This document shows, in pieces, positions 1 through 9,905 of a stretch of 64,000 nt of DNA (position 1 is the stretch's first letter; every line of letters begins with the position of its first letter). The stretch is from Phycisphaeraceae bacterium (lineage in GTDB: Bacteria; Planctomycetota; Phycisphaerae; Phycisphaerales; Phycisphaeraceae), in assembly GCA_963674705.1 (NCBI GenBank), contig OY771506.1, forward strand, positions 2,944,001 to 3,008,000, in the 5' to 3' direction. The translations under genes were made by a program, and so were the position numbers. The notes below the pieces were generated by a model that saw only the letters and a list, made by a program, of their open reading frames with translations, did no database searches and was not told the DNA's origin.

Positions 1-663
1 CACGCATGTGCCGTCCGGCGTGTCGTAATCTTCACCGAACACGGTCACCTTCGGCACCTTGCCAAGCGCGACATTTAAGAGCACGGGTATGATGTGCGTT
101 TCAGGCGTGTGATCTTCGCCGATGCTGCCATCGCTTGCGCTGCCGGCGACGTTGAAGTAACGCAGGGCGGCGAAGGCGAAGTCTTTATTCGCATGGGCGT
201 AGTCTTTGAGCACGCGTTCGACGAAAAGTTTCGACCAGCCATACGGATTGATCGGGCTCTGCGGCATGGTTTCGACGATGGGCATGGATTCCGGCTCGCC
301 GTAGGTCGCGCATGTGCTGCTGAAGACGAGGCGGTTGACGCCGGCTTCGTTCATCGCCTGCAGGAGGCTGACGGTGCCGGCGGTGTTGTTGTCGTAGTAG
401 GTCAACGGCTCGGTCACGGATTCACCGACGTATGCCAGCGCGGCGAAGTGCATGACGCAATCGATCTGGTTGCCCTTGAGTGCGGCTTTGACCTTGTCGG
501 TTTCGCGCAGGTCGGCGTGGATGAAACTGACATTGTCAGGCACGGCCGCACGGTGTCCGCGGTACAGGTTGTCCAGCACGGCCACCTTGTGCCCGCCGGC
601 CAGAAGCCGACGCACCGCGTGCGAACCAATGTAACCTGCACCACCTGTCACCAGAACGTTCAT
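1..663 (-). CDS. galE: UDP-glucose 4-epimerase (5' part; runs off the window start)
   Basis: Not in the ORF track; translated by hand from the ATG at 663: MNVLVTGGAGYIGSH...HFAALAYVGES...FSSTCATYG...NPYGWSK...LRYFNVAG...DYDTPDGTC, i.e. the canonical GalE motifs. Confidence 0.93.
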   Translation of the reverse strand, partial: MNVLVTGGAGYIGSHAVRRLLAGGHKVAVLDNLYRGHRAAVPDNVSFIHADLRETDKVKAALKGNQIDCVMHFAALAYVGESVTEPLTYYDNNTAGTVSLLQAMNEAGVNRLVFSSTCATYGEPESMPIVETMPQSPINPYGWSKLFVERVLKDYAHANKDFAFAALRYFNVAGSASDGSIGEDHTPETHIIPVLLNVALGKVPKVTVFGEDYDTPDGTCV

Positions 664-694
664 CTACTACTCCTTCCGAAGCGAATTACTTCGG

Positions 695-1792
695 TTATAT
701 AGCCCGATTGTCCTCACCGGGTTCGGTATTTTTCTCGATTTTCTTCGACGAAGATTTGCCTCCGCCGACCTTGTCTACGAGCAGCGTAACGAAAAATCCG
801 ACAACTATCAGGCCAACTGACGAACCGGCCTGTACAACGGTCGGTGTGAAGACCTCGGTCGGGTAATCATCCGGCTCAACGAGTTTACCGGACTGCTCGA
901 ACATAAGTTCGCCCTCGCCGTCCATGAGCACGGTCTGGCCTTTTAACGTTGAGCCGACCTCAGGTGCAACCCCTTGCTGGAAAGGCCAGAGCCCGACAAC
1001 CGCGCCGAGCAAAAGACCCAGCAGAACGCCGAGCGTGGGTTTTTCACACTTCTTCAGCAGCAGCCGAAGCACGTTACTCACCGCAACCACGCCGACAACT
1101 ACACCGATACCGACGGGCAATACGACATGCAGGGCGGGGTCCATCAACGCGCCGACATCGCCTGCTTTGGCTGCGTCTTTGGCCATGGAGATACCGCCTA
1201 GGATCGGGACATACACGCCCAACACAAGCAGCAGGTACCCGCCGCTGACACCCGGCAGGATCATGGCGCTAGCGCCGGCGACGCCCGCGACGAACATCAT
1301 GATGACGCCGGCATTTTCTCCGCCGCCCCCGCCGCGCATCTGGAAGTAAGCAAGGATCGCCATGGCGATGAAGCCGAATACGGCCGCGAACCAGACACTT
1401 GCGCCGGCTTCTTTACATAAGCCGATCAGACGCATCACCACAGGCACGCCGCCGAGCGTCAGCCCGATGAACAGGCTGTACATGATCCAGCGGTGATGCA
1501 CGACCAGGTCCTTGACCGGTCCGGCCAGCAGCACGATCGCAAGCAGTGCCGTGCCGATGACGGAGGTCAGTAAGAGCAGCGATGATTTGCGGAATTTGAA
1601 TGTCGTGACTTCGCCGATGGCGTTGATGAATTTGGGGTACACCCCTGCGGCCAGCAGCATCGTTCCGCCGCTGATGCCGGGTACGAGGTTGGCAAGCCCC
1701 ATCAGGATGCCCCCGATCCCGCCTCGCACGGCCAGCAGGGGTAGGGCGGTGGTATCCGCATCGGTGGGCGGTTGTTGATCGGGTGTGTTCAT
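695..1792 (-). CDS. DUF368 family membrane protein (putative undecaprenyl-phosphate translocase)
   Basis: Repeated motifs MGLANLVPGISGGT and AMILPGVSGG, and many transmembrane segments. Confidence 0.88.
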   Translation of the reverse strand: MNTPDQQPPTDADTTALPLLAVRGGIGGILMGLANLVPGISGGTMLLAAGVYPKFINAIGEVTTFKFRKSSLLLLTSVIGTALLAIVLLAGPVKDLVVHHRWIMYSLFIGLTLGGVPVVMRLIGLCKEAGASVWFAAVFGFIAMAILAYFQMRGGGGGENAGVIMMFVAGVAGASAMILPGVSGGYLLLVLGVYVPILGGISMAKDAAKAGDVGALMDPALHVVLPVGIGVVVGVVAVSNVLRLLLKKCEKPTLGVLLGLLLGAVVGLWPFQQGVAPEVGSTLKGQTVLMDGEGELMFEQSGKLVEPDDYPTEVFTPTVVQAGSSVGLIVVGFFVTLLVDKVGGGKSSSKKIEKNTEPGEDNRAI

Positions 1793-1834
1793 ATAGGCTC
1801 TACATGGACGGCTCAGATGTCGGAGCGGCCTTGT

Positions 1835-4057
1835 TTAGCCGTCGATGATCCGGGCTTGGGGTTCATACGGCTTCATCTCCCCGGTGTTCAGCCGTTTAAT
1901 GTAATCCTTGGCAAGTCTGGAGACCTTCCCGGAGAGGAAGATCATACCGAGGATGTTTGGATATGCCATCGACAGGATCAGCAGGTCGGTGAAGTCGATC
2001 ACGTTTCCGAGGCTGACCATGGGCCCAAGGAAGACGAACATCAAGAAGACTGTCCGGAAGGGCCAGATGCCCCAGTGCCCGAAGAGGTACTCACTGGCCC
2101 GTTCGCCGTAATAACTCCAGGAGATCATGGTGGAGTAGGCGAAGATGAAGACGGCTGCCATGAGCAGGTAGGTAAGCCAGGGGGCGAGGGAACTGAACGC
2201 AGCGGCGGTGATCCCGACGCCTTCGTTTGCAAACTCGGCGCCGACTTCCTTGGTGTGAGCGTTGGTGATGAGGATCGCCAGGGCGGTCATGGTGCAGACG
2301 ATGATGGTGTCGATGAAGGGGCCGATCATGGCGACGACACCCTCGCGGATGGGCTCCTTGGTCTTTGCGGCCGAGTGCGCGATCGCGGCCGAACCGAGCC
2401 CCGCTTCATTGGAGAACGCGCCTCGCTTCACGCCGACGACTAACACGCCCATGATGCCGCCCCAACTGATCGCTTCCTTGGAGAATGCGCCGGCGAAGAT
2501 GTCGGTGAGTAATTGTGGCACAGCCGGCAAATTGGCTAGCACAATAATCATGCAGACCCCGACATAGAACAGACACATCGCTGGGACGAGTTTGCTGGTG
2601 ACCTCACCGATACGTTTGATGCCACCGACGATGACGATGCCGACGAGGATGGTCATGATAAGCCCGCCGACCCATGCGTAGGCATCTTTCTGCTCGGCCT
2701 TCAACTCACGAGCCGCCTGTCGGGCTTGCTTCAGCTCAGTTGCCGCAGCGGCATCGCCGACCTCGACACGATCCAGCAGTTGTTCCTCATTTTCAATCCG
2801 TTGCTCGAAGATGATGTCGCCGACGATGGCGAAGGTCTGGTTGCCCTGGAACATGTTGCCGCCGCCAAGTGAACCCATAATGGCGAAGAAGGCGAACGAG
2901 ATGGCGAGCACCTTGCCGAAGATGCCGCCGAAGAACTTGCCGAAGATCTCTTTCATGCCTTCGGTCAGGTAGACCATGGGGCCGCCGAGTACGTGTTCAC
3001 TTTTACCGGGCAGGGCGGCATGTGAATCGTCTGCCGAGCCGTGGTCCTTGGCTTCCGGGGTGATCCGTCGATAGAGCTGCGCGAGCGTGCAGGAACTGAA
3101 TTTGCTGCTCATGCCGAAGAAGGCGACAACCCACATCCAGAAAACAGCACCTGCGCCGCCTTGGCTGATCGCGATGGCAACACCGGCGATGTTACCCAGG
3201 CCGACGGTTGCGGATAGCGCGCTGGTCAGTGCCTGGAAGTGACTGATTTCACCGTGGTCGTCGGGGTTGTCGTATTTGCCGCGGATGACCTGTATCGAAT
3301 GTGCGAACAGTCGAAGGTTCACAAAGCCGTAGCGGAATGTGAAGAAGATGCCCCCTGCAAGCAGGAAGACGATGATCAGTGGAACCTTGTAGACGCGTTC
3401 GGAAGCTTTGGTGCTGATCGTGCCGTACGCCGCATTGAGTTTGTCGGTCAGTTTGTCGTTGCGTTGATCCCGCGGCAGGGCCTTGTAGTCCTTGAGCACG
3501 ACTTTGGCGCGGGGCAGATCGGTTTCGATGGCCTGCTGCTTGGCTTCGAGCAGATTGACCTGGTCTGTCAGGTTTTTGGCCGCTTTGGTTTTTAAGCGGA
3601 GTTCGCGTTTGTCGCGTCGATCCTCAGGCTCGGTATCGAGCTTCGCGAGGTCTGCCCGGGCTTTGGCAAGGTCGGCTTTCGCATCGTCAAGACTTGGGTC
3701 GAATATCCCGAACGCGGTGTCGTAGAACAGCACGGGCACCATGTACGCGTTGACTGTGCCGAAGATGGAGTCGATCTTTTTCTGGAACCGTTCATTCGCA
3801 GGAAGGGCGGAATCGTCTTCGGGCTTGGGTTCTTCGGGGGCCAAACTTGAGAGCCAAATCACCTCGGCTCGCAATGATTCGTCCTGAATTTTGAGTATCA
3901 CAGGATCGGCAGGTGTATCAGATACTTCTCCAACAGCTTGAGTAGCTGATTGTTCCGATTCGGATTGAGCAAGTGCGAGTTGGCTAAGTGGGCCGCACAG
4001 CAGTAGAAGTGAGAAAACAACGAGATAAGAGATCAGGTCATGACGCCGAATGCTCAA
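1835..4057 (-). CDS. Sodium:alanine/glycine symporter (AGCS family) with a long N-terminal extension
   Basis: Motifs SHFQALTSALSATVGLGNIAGVA, FSNEAGLGS and GPFIDTIIVCTMTAL. TTG start preceded by AGGAG. Confidence 0.92.
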   Translation of the reverse strand: MSIRRHDLISYLVVFSLLLLCGPLSQLALAQSESEQSATQAVGEVSDTPADPVILKIQDESLRAEVIWLSSLAPEEPKPEDDSALPANERFQKKIDSIFGTVNAYMVPVLFYDTAFGIFDPSLDDAKADLAKARADLAKLDTEPEDRRDKRELRLKTKAAKNLTDQVNLLEAKQQAIETDLPRAKVVLKDYKALPRDQRNDKLTDKLNAAYGTISTKASERVYKVPLIIVFLLAGGIFFTFRYGFVNLRLFAHSIQVIRGKYDNPDDHGEISHFQALTSALSATVGLGNIAGVAIAISQGGAGAVFWMWVVAFFGMSSKFSSCTLAQLYRRITPEAKDHGSADDSHAALPGKSEHVLGGPMVYLTEGMKEIFGKFFGGIFGKVLAISFAFFAIMGSLGGGNMFQGNQTFAIVGDIIFEQRIENEEQLLDRVEVGDAAAATELKQARQAARELKAEQKDAYAWVGGLIMTILVGIVIVGGIKRIGEVTSKLVPAMCLFYVGVCMIIVLANLPAVPQLLTDIFAGAFSKEAISWGGIMGVLVVGVKRGAFSNEAGLGSAAIAHSAAKTKEPIREGVVAMIGPFIDTIIVCTMTALAILITNAHTKEVGAEFANEGVGITAAAFSSLAPWLTYLLMAAVFIFAYSTMISWSYYGERASEYLFGHWGIWPFRTVFLMFVFLGPMVSLGNVIDFTDLLILSMAYPNILGMIFLSGKVSRLAKDYIKRLNTGEMKPYEPQARIIDG

Positions 4058-4145
4058 GGTCCGTCTCCTGCCAGAATGGATGTATCACAAGCCCGCCAGC
4101 CCCGGTTAGGCACATGCCCAGTAACGTTTTATACAACAAGCCTTG

Positions 4146-4760
4146 CTAATCCGCTCGAACAAATCGCGGCACCCCGAGGCTCTCACTGACCGCGATATTC
4201 ACCAGCCGGACCGCGTTGACGATTCCCTCTTCATCCCGGGTCGCTGTAAATTTGCCACGCAGGATCGATGAGCCCAGCGTGTCCTGGAAACCCTCACTCT
4301 TATCTGAAAGATTCAATGTGGCCTGCCAGAGATTTGCTTGCAGCGTCTGGCTGCCGAGGTCGTTTTCCGGATAAAGGAAGCCGCCGCCGGAGTAGATACC
4401 GACCGGTGGCGTGTCTGTCCCTCGATTAAACACGATGTATTGAACGGTCGCGTTGGTCGCGGTTTCATCCAGCGGCGTGGCGGCTGCTTTGGGTTTCCAG
4501 AACATCCGCACGATCAGGGCGCGGTTGGGCGCTTCGACCGGGCCATCGGTCAGCAGGATGGTCAATCGGCTCGGGCCGTCCATGCTGTAGATACCGCGAT
4601 CGAAACCGCCGACGGCGATGTCTTCGGGATTGGTTCGGCTCTGGATGGTCAGGGCCTTGTCCGGCGCGCCGCCCGTACCGGCACAGCCCAAGATGAGGGC
4701 GGTGAATACGACCAGTAGTACGAGTCCACCCAACCTGTTAAGCGATATGGCTGGCATCAT
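4146..4760 (-). CDS. Hypothetical lipoprotein
   Basis: Signal peptide with lipobox ILGC; 4-nt overlap with the upstream gene. Confidence 0.7.
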   Translation of the reverse strand: MMPAISLNRLGGLVLLVVFTALILGCAGTGGAPDKALTIQSRTNPEDIAVGGFDRGIYSMDGPSRLTILLTDGPVEAPNRALIVRMFWKPKAAATPLDETATNATVQYIVFNRGTDTPPVGIYSGGGFLYPENDLGSQTLQANLWQATLNLSDKSEGFQDTLGSSILRGKFTATRDEEGIVNAVRLVNIAVSESLGVPRFVRAD

Positions 4761-5689
4761 GCCGAGTCTGCGTCCTTGAGAGAATGGGCTGAGGGGATCT
4801 GCAGCGTTTCATGGGTTGATGATGATTCATCCTCGGCCGTGATGTCCGGTTGTGAGATGCCCAGGCATTGTAGGGCGTCCCGTTCGACGATCGACCGCAA
4901 CTGTTCACGCGGGATACTCGGCAGGGGGGTGCCTTGTGTGAACGTGTTGATCGAGTAGATCGAAACGATCGCTTTTTCAGGCCCACAGAACGGGAAGTTG
5001 CTTCCGAAGAGGATACGGCTGGTCGCGCTTTGTTGATGCGCGAGGATCAATGCGTTGTATAGCTGCCACGGCCTTACCGCGAGGTCGCTTAAATCTGCGT
5101 AGACGGTCGGGTGTTTTTCGATCAACGCCAGGCACTGATGGACCCACGGATCACCCAGCGAGGAAACAACGATCTTCAAGTCGGGGAACGAACGAGCGAC
5201 CTCGTCGAGCAGGTAAGGCTGAGCGAATTCGAGCTTGGCATCACGAGCCAGCAGCGTGGCGGACTCGAAAAGGATGGGCATGCCGGTCGCCTGGCACGCT
5301 TCGTAGAGCTCCATCGCGTTAGTGTTGCAGGGGTGGAATGCTTGAGCGGCGGGGCTGACGGTCACGCCGACCAGGCCCAACTCGCGGGCACGTTCGAGGC
5401 TGCGGACAGCATCACCGCGCATCGGATCGATCCCGGCAACACCGAGATACTTGGCCGGGTCTTTGCAGACGTAGCCTGCGACCTGTTCGTGGGTGATTTG
5501 GGCGTCGAGGTACTTGCTGTCGAAGCCGAGGATCAGGGCGTGGCGGACGGGGCTCATCGCCTCATGGTGGGCATCCGGGCAGGCGTCGGGCCTCTGCCAG
5601 GGTTCGACCGGCTTGCGGCGCAAAGTCTCCTCGGCCCGGCCGAGTTGGTTGGCACTTTCCCAAACCCGGGTATGCACATCAACGATCAT
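4757..5689 (-). CDS. Amidohydrolase-2 family TIM-barrel protein with degenerate metal ligands
   Basis: MIVDVHT start, GLVGV, LLDEVARSFPDLKIV, VYADLS, ILFGSNFP. Confidence 0.8.
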   Translation of the reverse strand: MIVDVHTRVWESANQLGRAEETLRRKPVEPWQRPDACPDAHHEAMSPVRHALILGFDSKYLDAQITHEQVAGYVCKDPAKYLGVAGIDPMRGDAVRSLERARELGLVGVTVSPAAQAFHPCNTNAMELYEACQATGMPILFESATLLARDAKLEFAQPYLLDEVARSFPDLKIVVSSLGDPWVHQCLALIEKHPTVYADLSDLAVRPWQLYNALILAHQQSATSRILFGSNFPFCGPEKAIVSIYSINTFTQGTPLPSIPREQLRSIVERDALQCLGISQPDITAEDESSSTHETLQIPSAHSLKDADSA

Positions 5690-5800
5690 AGGGTCTGCCT
5701 CCGGCAGGTATAGACAAGGCGCGTTCCCTCGGTGCCTTGTATGGGGTTCAAATCCATGCCATATCCTAACCGTTTGGCGGATTGAGCGCCAAGCGGGAGG

Positions 5801-6028
5801 GGAAAGCAGAAAAACAGGAAAGCAGGAAAGCAGAAAATGAAGACAATAGGGGGATATATAAGCCTTTAAAGATCAGTGACTAGCCGGATTTTACGATTGG
5901 ACATGGCACATCGAAGATTGAACATGAAAATACCCGGCCCTTCGCTGCGCTCAGAACCGGCGTTGGGGGAAAGCCATTAGCCTTTAGCGATTAGCCATTA
6001 GCAATACGATCCCCAGACCCTGGACCCA
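5801..6028. repeat. Composite intergenic repeat: 9-mer tract + 7-mer tract + 35-bp core + 7-mer tracts
   Basis: (GGAAAGCAG)-like units 5801-5836; (TTGAACA)-like 5897-5926; core 5932-5966; (AGCCATT)-like 5972-6003. Confidence 0.85.
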
Positions 6029-6406
6029 TCACGCCCCAATCTTCTGCTCGTAGTCAGCAGCAGACAGCAGTTCATCGAACTGGGCAGGGTCCGATGGGCG
6101 AATCTTCACGATCCAGCCGGCCTGGTAGCAGTCGCGGTTGATGATCGAAGGGTCGTCGATCACTTCCTGGTTGACCTCCACGACCTCGCCGGCGATGCCG
6201 GTGTACATCTCGCTGGTCGCCTTGACCGACTCGACCTCACCGAGCGTATCCCCCTTGCCGACCTCGCCCTCAGCGGTGATCTCGATGAACGTCAGGTCCG
6301 TCAGTTCATCGACCGCAAACCGGCTGATCCCGATGGCAACGAGGTCGCCCTCGAGCTTGTGCCATTCGTGGCTTTCCAAATAACGACGATCATCGGGTGC
6401 GGACAT
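6029..6406 (-). CDS. gcvH: Glycine cleavage system H protein
   Basis: YLESHEW; lipoyl-lysine motif GEVESVKATS; INRDCYQAGW. Confidence 0.95.
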   Translation of the reverse strand: MSAPDDRRYLESHEWHKLEGDLVAIGISRFAVDELTDLTFIEITAEGEVGKGDTLGEVESVKATSEMYTGIAGEVVEVNQEVIDDPSIINRDCYQAGWIVKIRPSDPAQFDELLSAADYEQKIGA

Positions 6407-6492
6407 CAGGTGTGTCTCCATACACAAGGATTGGGCGGACGAATGCCCGCATCATAGAGCGAGGTCCTTCGCGGTTCAAAATCCCCCAATTC

Positions 6493-6570
6493 CGTTTAGT
6501 GGGCGATCGCAGATCGCCGGGTTTGATTCCTAGCACGGTAACGCGCGGATCTTCGATCCGCCGCTAAACG
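6493..6570. repeat. REP-like inverted doublet
   Basis: CGTTTAG...CTAAACG termini, each followed inward by a hairpin (GCGATC-GCA-GATCGC; GCGGATC-TTC-GATCCGC). Confidence 0.65.
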
Positions 6571-6687
6571 AGATGCTAACTATCAAGCAAACAAAACCAC
6601 TGCCCTCATCGGATTGTCAATTGTGCTGAAGCATTACAACCTCTAAGATTAAATGAGATAAACACAATATGATTCCGAGGTGAAACA

Positions 6688-7242
6688 ATGGGTGTACTTA
6701 CTGACTTCTTTGCGGCAACCGAATCTCAGTTAGCTGAAGTGTTTGTAGGATGGCATACTGTTTCAAACACACCAATTCAGAGAGAAACAACTAATCCCTT
6801 TTCGGGAGAGGCGATAATTGTTAATGATTGGCAACCTGGGCCACTCATTCGGGAGGGGGAATTGGTAGATAGCCCCGCCATTGAAGCACTTCCCCATAGT
6901 CATTTTAAAGGCGTCGACCATGTCAAACTTGGAACTCTGTACAAGCTGGTTTCAGGTGATAAACACGAACACTTCATTGATACCCTCAGTAAACCCGCGC
7001 TGATATATCCAGAAGGTGAAGATATAGGGCTTCATCAAATCCCATCAGCACTCACAAGTGCATTGGCCACACTGAGTGAAAATAAGCATGCAGAAGTAGC
7101 TATGAAGTGGCAACTAACCGAAGAATGCCAACTTGATAGATTCACGGTTGATGACTGTGAAACCGTGGTGAAGGAACTTCATAGCCTTGCCCAGGAAGCA
7201 GTGAAATTACATGGATCGTTGTATTTTCTATGGTCTTTATAG
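6688..7242 (+). CDS. Hypothetical protein, AT-richer than its neighbours
   Basis: 184-aa ORF with a GAGGTG RBS. The N-terminus MGVLTDFFAA and C-terminus LYFLWSL are loosely YfbM/DUF1877-like. Confidence 0.7.
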   Translation: MGVLTDFFAATESQLAEVFVGWHTVSNTPIQRETTNPFSGEAIIVNDWQPGPLIREGELVDSPAIEALPHSHFKGVDHVKLGTLYKLVSGDKHEHFIDTLSKPALIYPEGEDIGLHQIPSALTSALATLSENKHAEVAMKWQLTEECQLDRFTVDDCETVVKELHSLAQEAVKLHGSLYFLWSL

Positions 7243-7287
7243 AGTTTGAAATCTCGCTGTAGCAGATTGATTGTCTTGAGCACAACG

Positions 7288-7325
7288 AAAACCGCCGACC
7301 CTTTCGGATCGGCGGTTGTTGTTTT
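7288..7325. terminator. Probable bidirectional intrinsic terminator
   Basis: AACCGCCGA...TCGGCGGTT stem between convergent genes. Confidence 0.75.
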
Positions 7326-7350
7326 AATCAGGTTGTTGCTTGCTCGAAGT

Positions 7351-8529
7351 TTACTTCGCGCTGGTGGCCCACTTGATGAGCACATCCGCGACTTCGGGGC
7401 GGCTGAACTCGGCGGGGGGGCGTTCGCCGTTGCCGAGCATTTCGCGGACCTTGGTGCCAGAGAGGAAGACCTGGTCGCCCTGGATCTTGGGGAAGGTCTT
7501 GCCGGAGACCATGCCCTGAGCCTTGTGGCTCCATGCGGCGTGCTCGAACTTCAGCAGCTCGATCTTGATCTCGCCATCCTCGAATTCATCGAAGATGTTC
7601 TGGGCATCGTAGGTGCCGTAGTAGTCGCCGACGCCTGCGTGGTCGCGGCCGACGATGAAGTGGCTGATGCCGTAGTTCTGGCGGGTCAGGGCGTGTTGCA
7701 CGGCTTCGCGCGGGCCGGCGTAACGCATCGCGGCGGGCATGACGGTCAGCATCGTGCGTTCGGGTACGAAGTAGTGCTTGATGATCGTTTCGTAGCATTC
7801 CATGCGTACATCGGCGGGGATGTCACCGGGCTTGGTCTCGCCAACCAGCGGGTGGATCAGGATACCGTCGGTGATTTCTTGGGCGCACTTGCACAGGTAT
7901 TCGTGGGCACGGTGGATGGGGTTACGCGTCTGGAACGCGCTGACGGTCTTCCAGCCGGCCTTGGTGAAGGCTTCGCGGGTCTGCGCGGGGGTCAGGCGGT
8001 ATTCGGTGAACTGTTCGCCCGGCTCTTTTTCGGGGGTGACGGTGATGACGTGGATGTCGCCGCCGACGCACCAGTCGCCTTCATCCATCACAGCCTTGAC
8101 GCCGGGGTGGGCTGGGTCTTCGGTGCGGAAGACGTTGGGGATTTCCAGCTTCTTGTCGTGAGCGTAGATTTCTTCGACATCGATGACGGCCAGCAGCGTG
8201 CCGTCGCTGTGATAGAGCGCGGCCTGGCCGCCTTCCTTAAGCGTGGCCTTGACATCGTCCTTGACGGCCAGCGTGATCGGGATGGGCCAGACGGTGCCGT
8301 CGGCCATGTGCATGTTCTTGCAGATGCCTTCAAAGTCGGCCTTCTTGACGAAGCCGGTCAACGGGCTGAACGCACCGATGGCGATCATTTCCAGGTCGCA
8401 GGCCTGTTTGGCGCTGAGGGTGATTTTCGGCAGGCTGGCTGCGGCAGCTTTCAACTGCTGGGCTTTGTCTGCGTCTACTATACGGTTGACGAGTGTGCCG
8501 CCATGCGGCTGAATCAGGTGACTGGACAT
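7351..8529 (-). CDS. sat: Sulfate adenylyltransferase (ATP sulfurylase, Sat type)
   Basis: PHGGTLV, AFQTRNPIHRAHEY, MRYAGPREA, HFIVGRDHAGVG, SGTKVREML, FSRPEV. Confidence 0.96.
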   Translation of the reverse strand: MSSHLIQPHGGTLVNRIVDADKAQQLKAAAASLPKITLSAKQACDLEMIAIGAFSPLTGFVKKADFEGICKNMHMADGTVWPIPITLAVKDDVKATLKEGGQAALYHSDGTLLAVIDVEEIYAHDKKLEIPNVFRTEDPAHPGVKAVMDEGDWCVGGDIHVITVTPEKEPGEQFTEYRLTPAQTREAFTKAGWKTVSAFQTRNPIHRAHEYLCKCAQEITDGILIHPLVGETKPGDIPADVRMECYETIIKHYFVPERTMLTVMPAAMRYAGPREAVQHALTRQNYGISHFIVGRDHAGVGDYYGTYDAQNIFDEFEDGEIKIELLKFEHAAWSHKAQGMVSGKTFPKIQGDQVFLSGTKVREMLGNGERPPAEFSRPEVADVLIKWATSAK

Positions 8530-8672
8530 CTTGGCTGAATCCTTGTCGAAACGGGGGTTAATAGGGAAAAGGATAGTAGTGACCCCAGCCCATGACTGCA
8601 AACGCCGGCAAAGGCGTGGACATAAACTGCGTATGATGGATAAGATAGGGACAACAAATCCGGAGTAATCTC

Positions 8673-9899
8673 ATGACTTCATTGCGTTTATCTACGTGCC
8701 TGTCGGCCATTTGGTTCGTATTACTTGGTCTGGTCTGTCAATCCGCGTTTGCCGCGCCGCCCCCTCCGGGCGGGCAGTTGATCGATCGTGTGCTCGATGC
8801 CTACCGCAAGACACAGCAGTACGACGCGACGCTCAAGCTCTCGATCGACCAGACGCTCGGGCGATGGACCAACAGCCAGCGGGGGGAGTTCTACATTGCG
8901 CTGGATCGGCCCAGCAACCGTCTGAGTATCGATGCGCCGGATTACCTGCTGGTCACCGATGGAGACAAATTCTATTTCCGCACAAACCGTATCCCCGGCA
9001 AGCACCTGGAGATCGACCTGGCAAAACCGCTGACCTGCGAATGGATCATCCAGCAGGCGCCGGACATGGTCTACCCCGCGACGCCGACGGACTTCGCGTT
9101 CCTGCTGGCGACCGATCCGCTGAAGTTTGTCAGTCAGGGGGCGGCGGGTGACCCGGCGATGCTGCCCGCCGATCCGGATGATCCACTCAAACGGCCTCGC
9201 ATCGAATGTGCGCTGCAGGCCGGGACGCTGACGATGACCATCAATCCGAAGACGTTCCTGATCGACAAGGTCGTGGTGGATGTCGATACGGTTCAGCTCA
9301 ATCTAGCCTTCGGCACGAAGATGAGCTACACGTACGACATCGAAGTACACAGCACAGATGTGCCTGTCGCAGACGATCGGTTTGCGTTCGACACGACGAA
9401 TTCAATACCGTCTCAAACGATGCAGCACATGATGGCAAGCGGGGCGAATCTACCGCACCGTTTGCAGGATAAGCCCGCGCCGCCGCTGAATCTGCCGACG
9501 ATTGACGGGATCGATCACGACATCGCGGTGGATGACAAGGACGCGAAGGTGATCGTGCTGGACTTCTGGGCGACGTGGTGCCCGCCTTGCCGTGCGGCGC
9601 TACCCGGGCTGCAAGAGCTGTACGCCTGGGTGCAGACCGACGGCAAACCCGTCGCGATCTATGCAGTCAATCAGGGCGAAACGGTGGAGGAGGTCAAGCA
9701 GTTCTGGGCGGACAACAAGCTGTCCATACCCGTATTGATGGATGAGAACTTCATCGCGGCCGAATCCTACGGCGTCAACGGCATCCCGCAAACCGTCATC
9801 ATCGCCAACGGCAAGGTTCGGCACGTTCACGAGGGCTATTCCAACGGACTGGAAGAACAGATCAAGGCGGAAGTCGAAGCGCTGCTGACTGAGCCTTAA
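8673..9899 (+). CDS. Exported TlpA-like thiol:disulfide oxidoreductase with an N-terminal LolA/DUF2092-like domain
   Basis: Signal peptide; C-terminal VLDFWATWCPPC and YGVNGIPQT; beta-rich N-terminal half. Confidence 0.82.
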   Translation: MTSLRLSTCLSAIWFVLLGLVCQSAFAAPPPPGGQLIDRVLDAYRKTQQYDATLKLSIDQTLGRWTNSQRGEFYIALDRPSNRLSIDAPDYLLVTDGDKFYFRTNRIPGKHLEIDLAKPLTCEWIIQQAPDMVYPATPTDFAFLLATDPLKFVSQGAAGDPAMLPADPDDPLKRPRIECALQAGTLTMTINPKTFLIDKVVVDVDTVQLNLAFGTKMSYTYDIEVHSTDVPVADDRFAFDTTNSIPSQTMQHMMASGANLPHRLQDKPAPPLNLPTIDGIDHDIAVDDKDAKVIVLDFWATWCPPCRAALPGLQELYAWVQTDGKPVAIYAVNQGETVEEVKQFWADNKLSIPVLMDENFIAAESYGVNGIPQTVIIANGKVRHVHEGYSNGLEEQIKAEVEALLTEP

Positions 9900-9905
9900 T
9901 TCTAC

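Noticed and set aside
94..702. 202-aa + strand ORF
   Set aside because: Antisense shadow of galE, which is clearly encoded on the minus strand.
5730..5765. GGTTCAAATCC resembling a tRNA T-loop (also near 6473)
   Set aside because: No acceptor stem, D-arm or anticodon arm can be built around it.
6430..6600. Possible glycine riboswitch upstream of gcvH
   Set aside because: The hairpins form a symmetric REP-like doublet and lack the glycine aptamer consensus elements.
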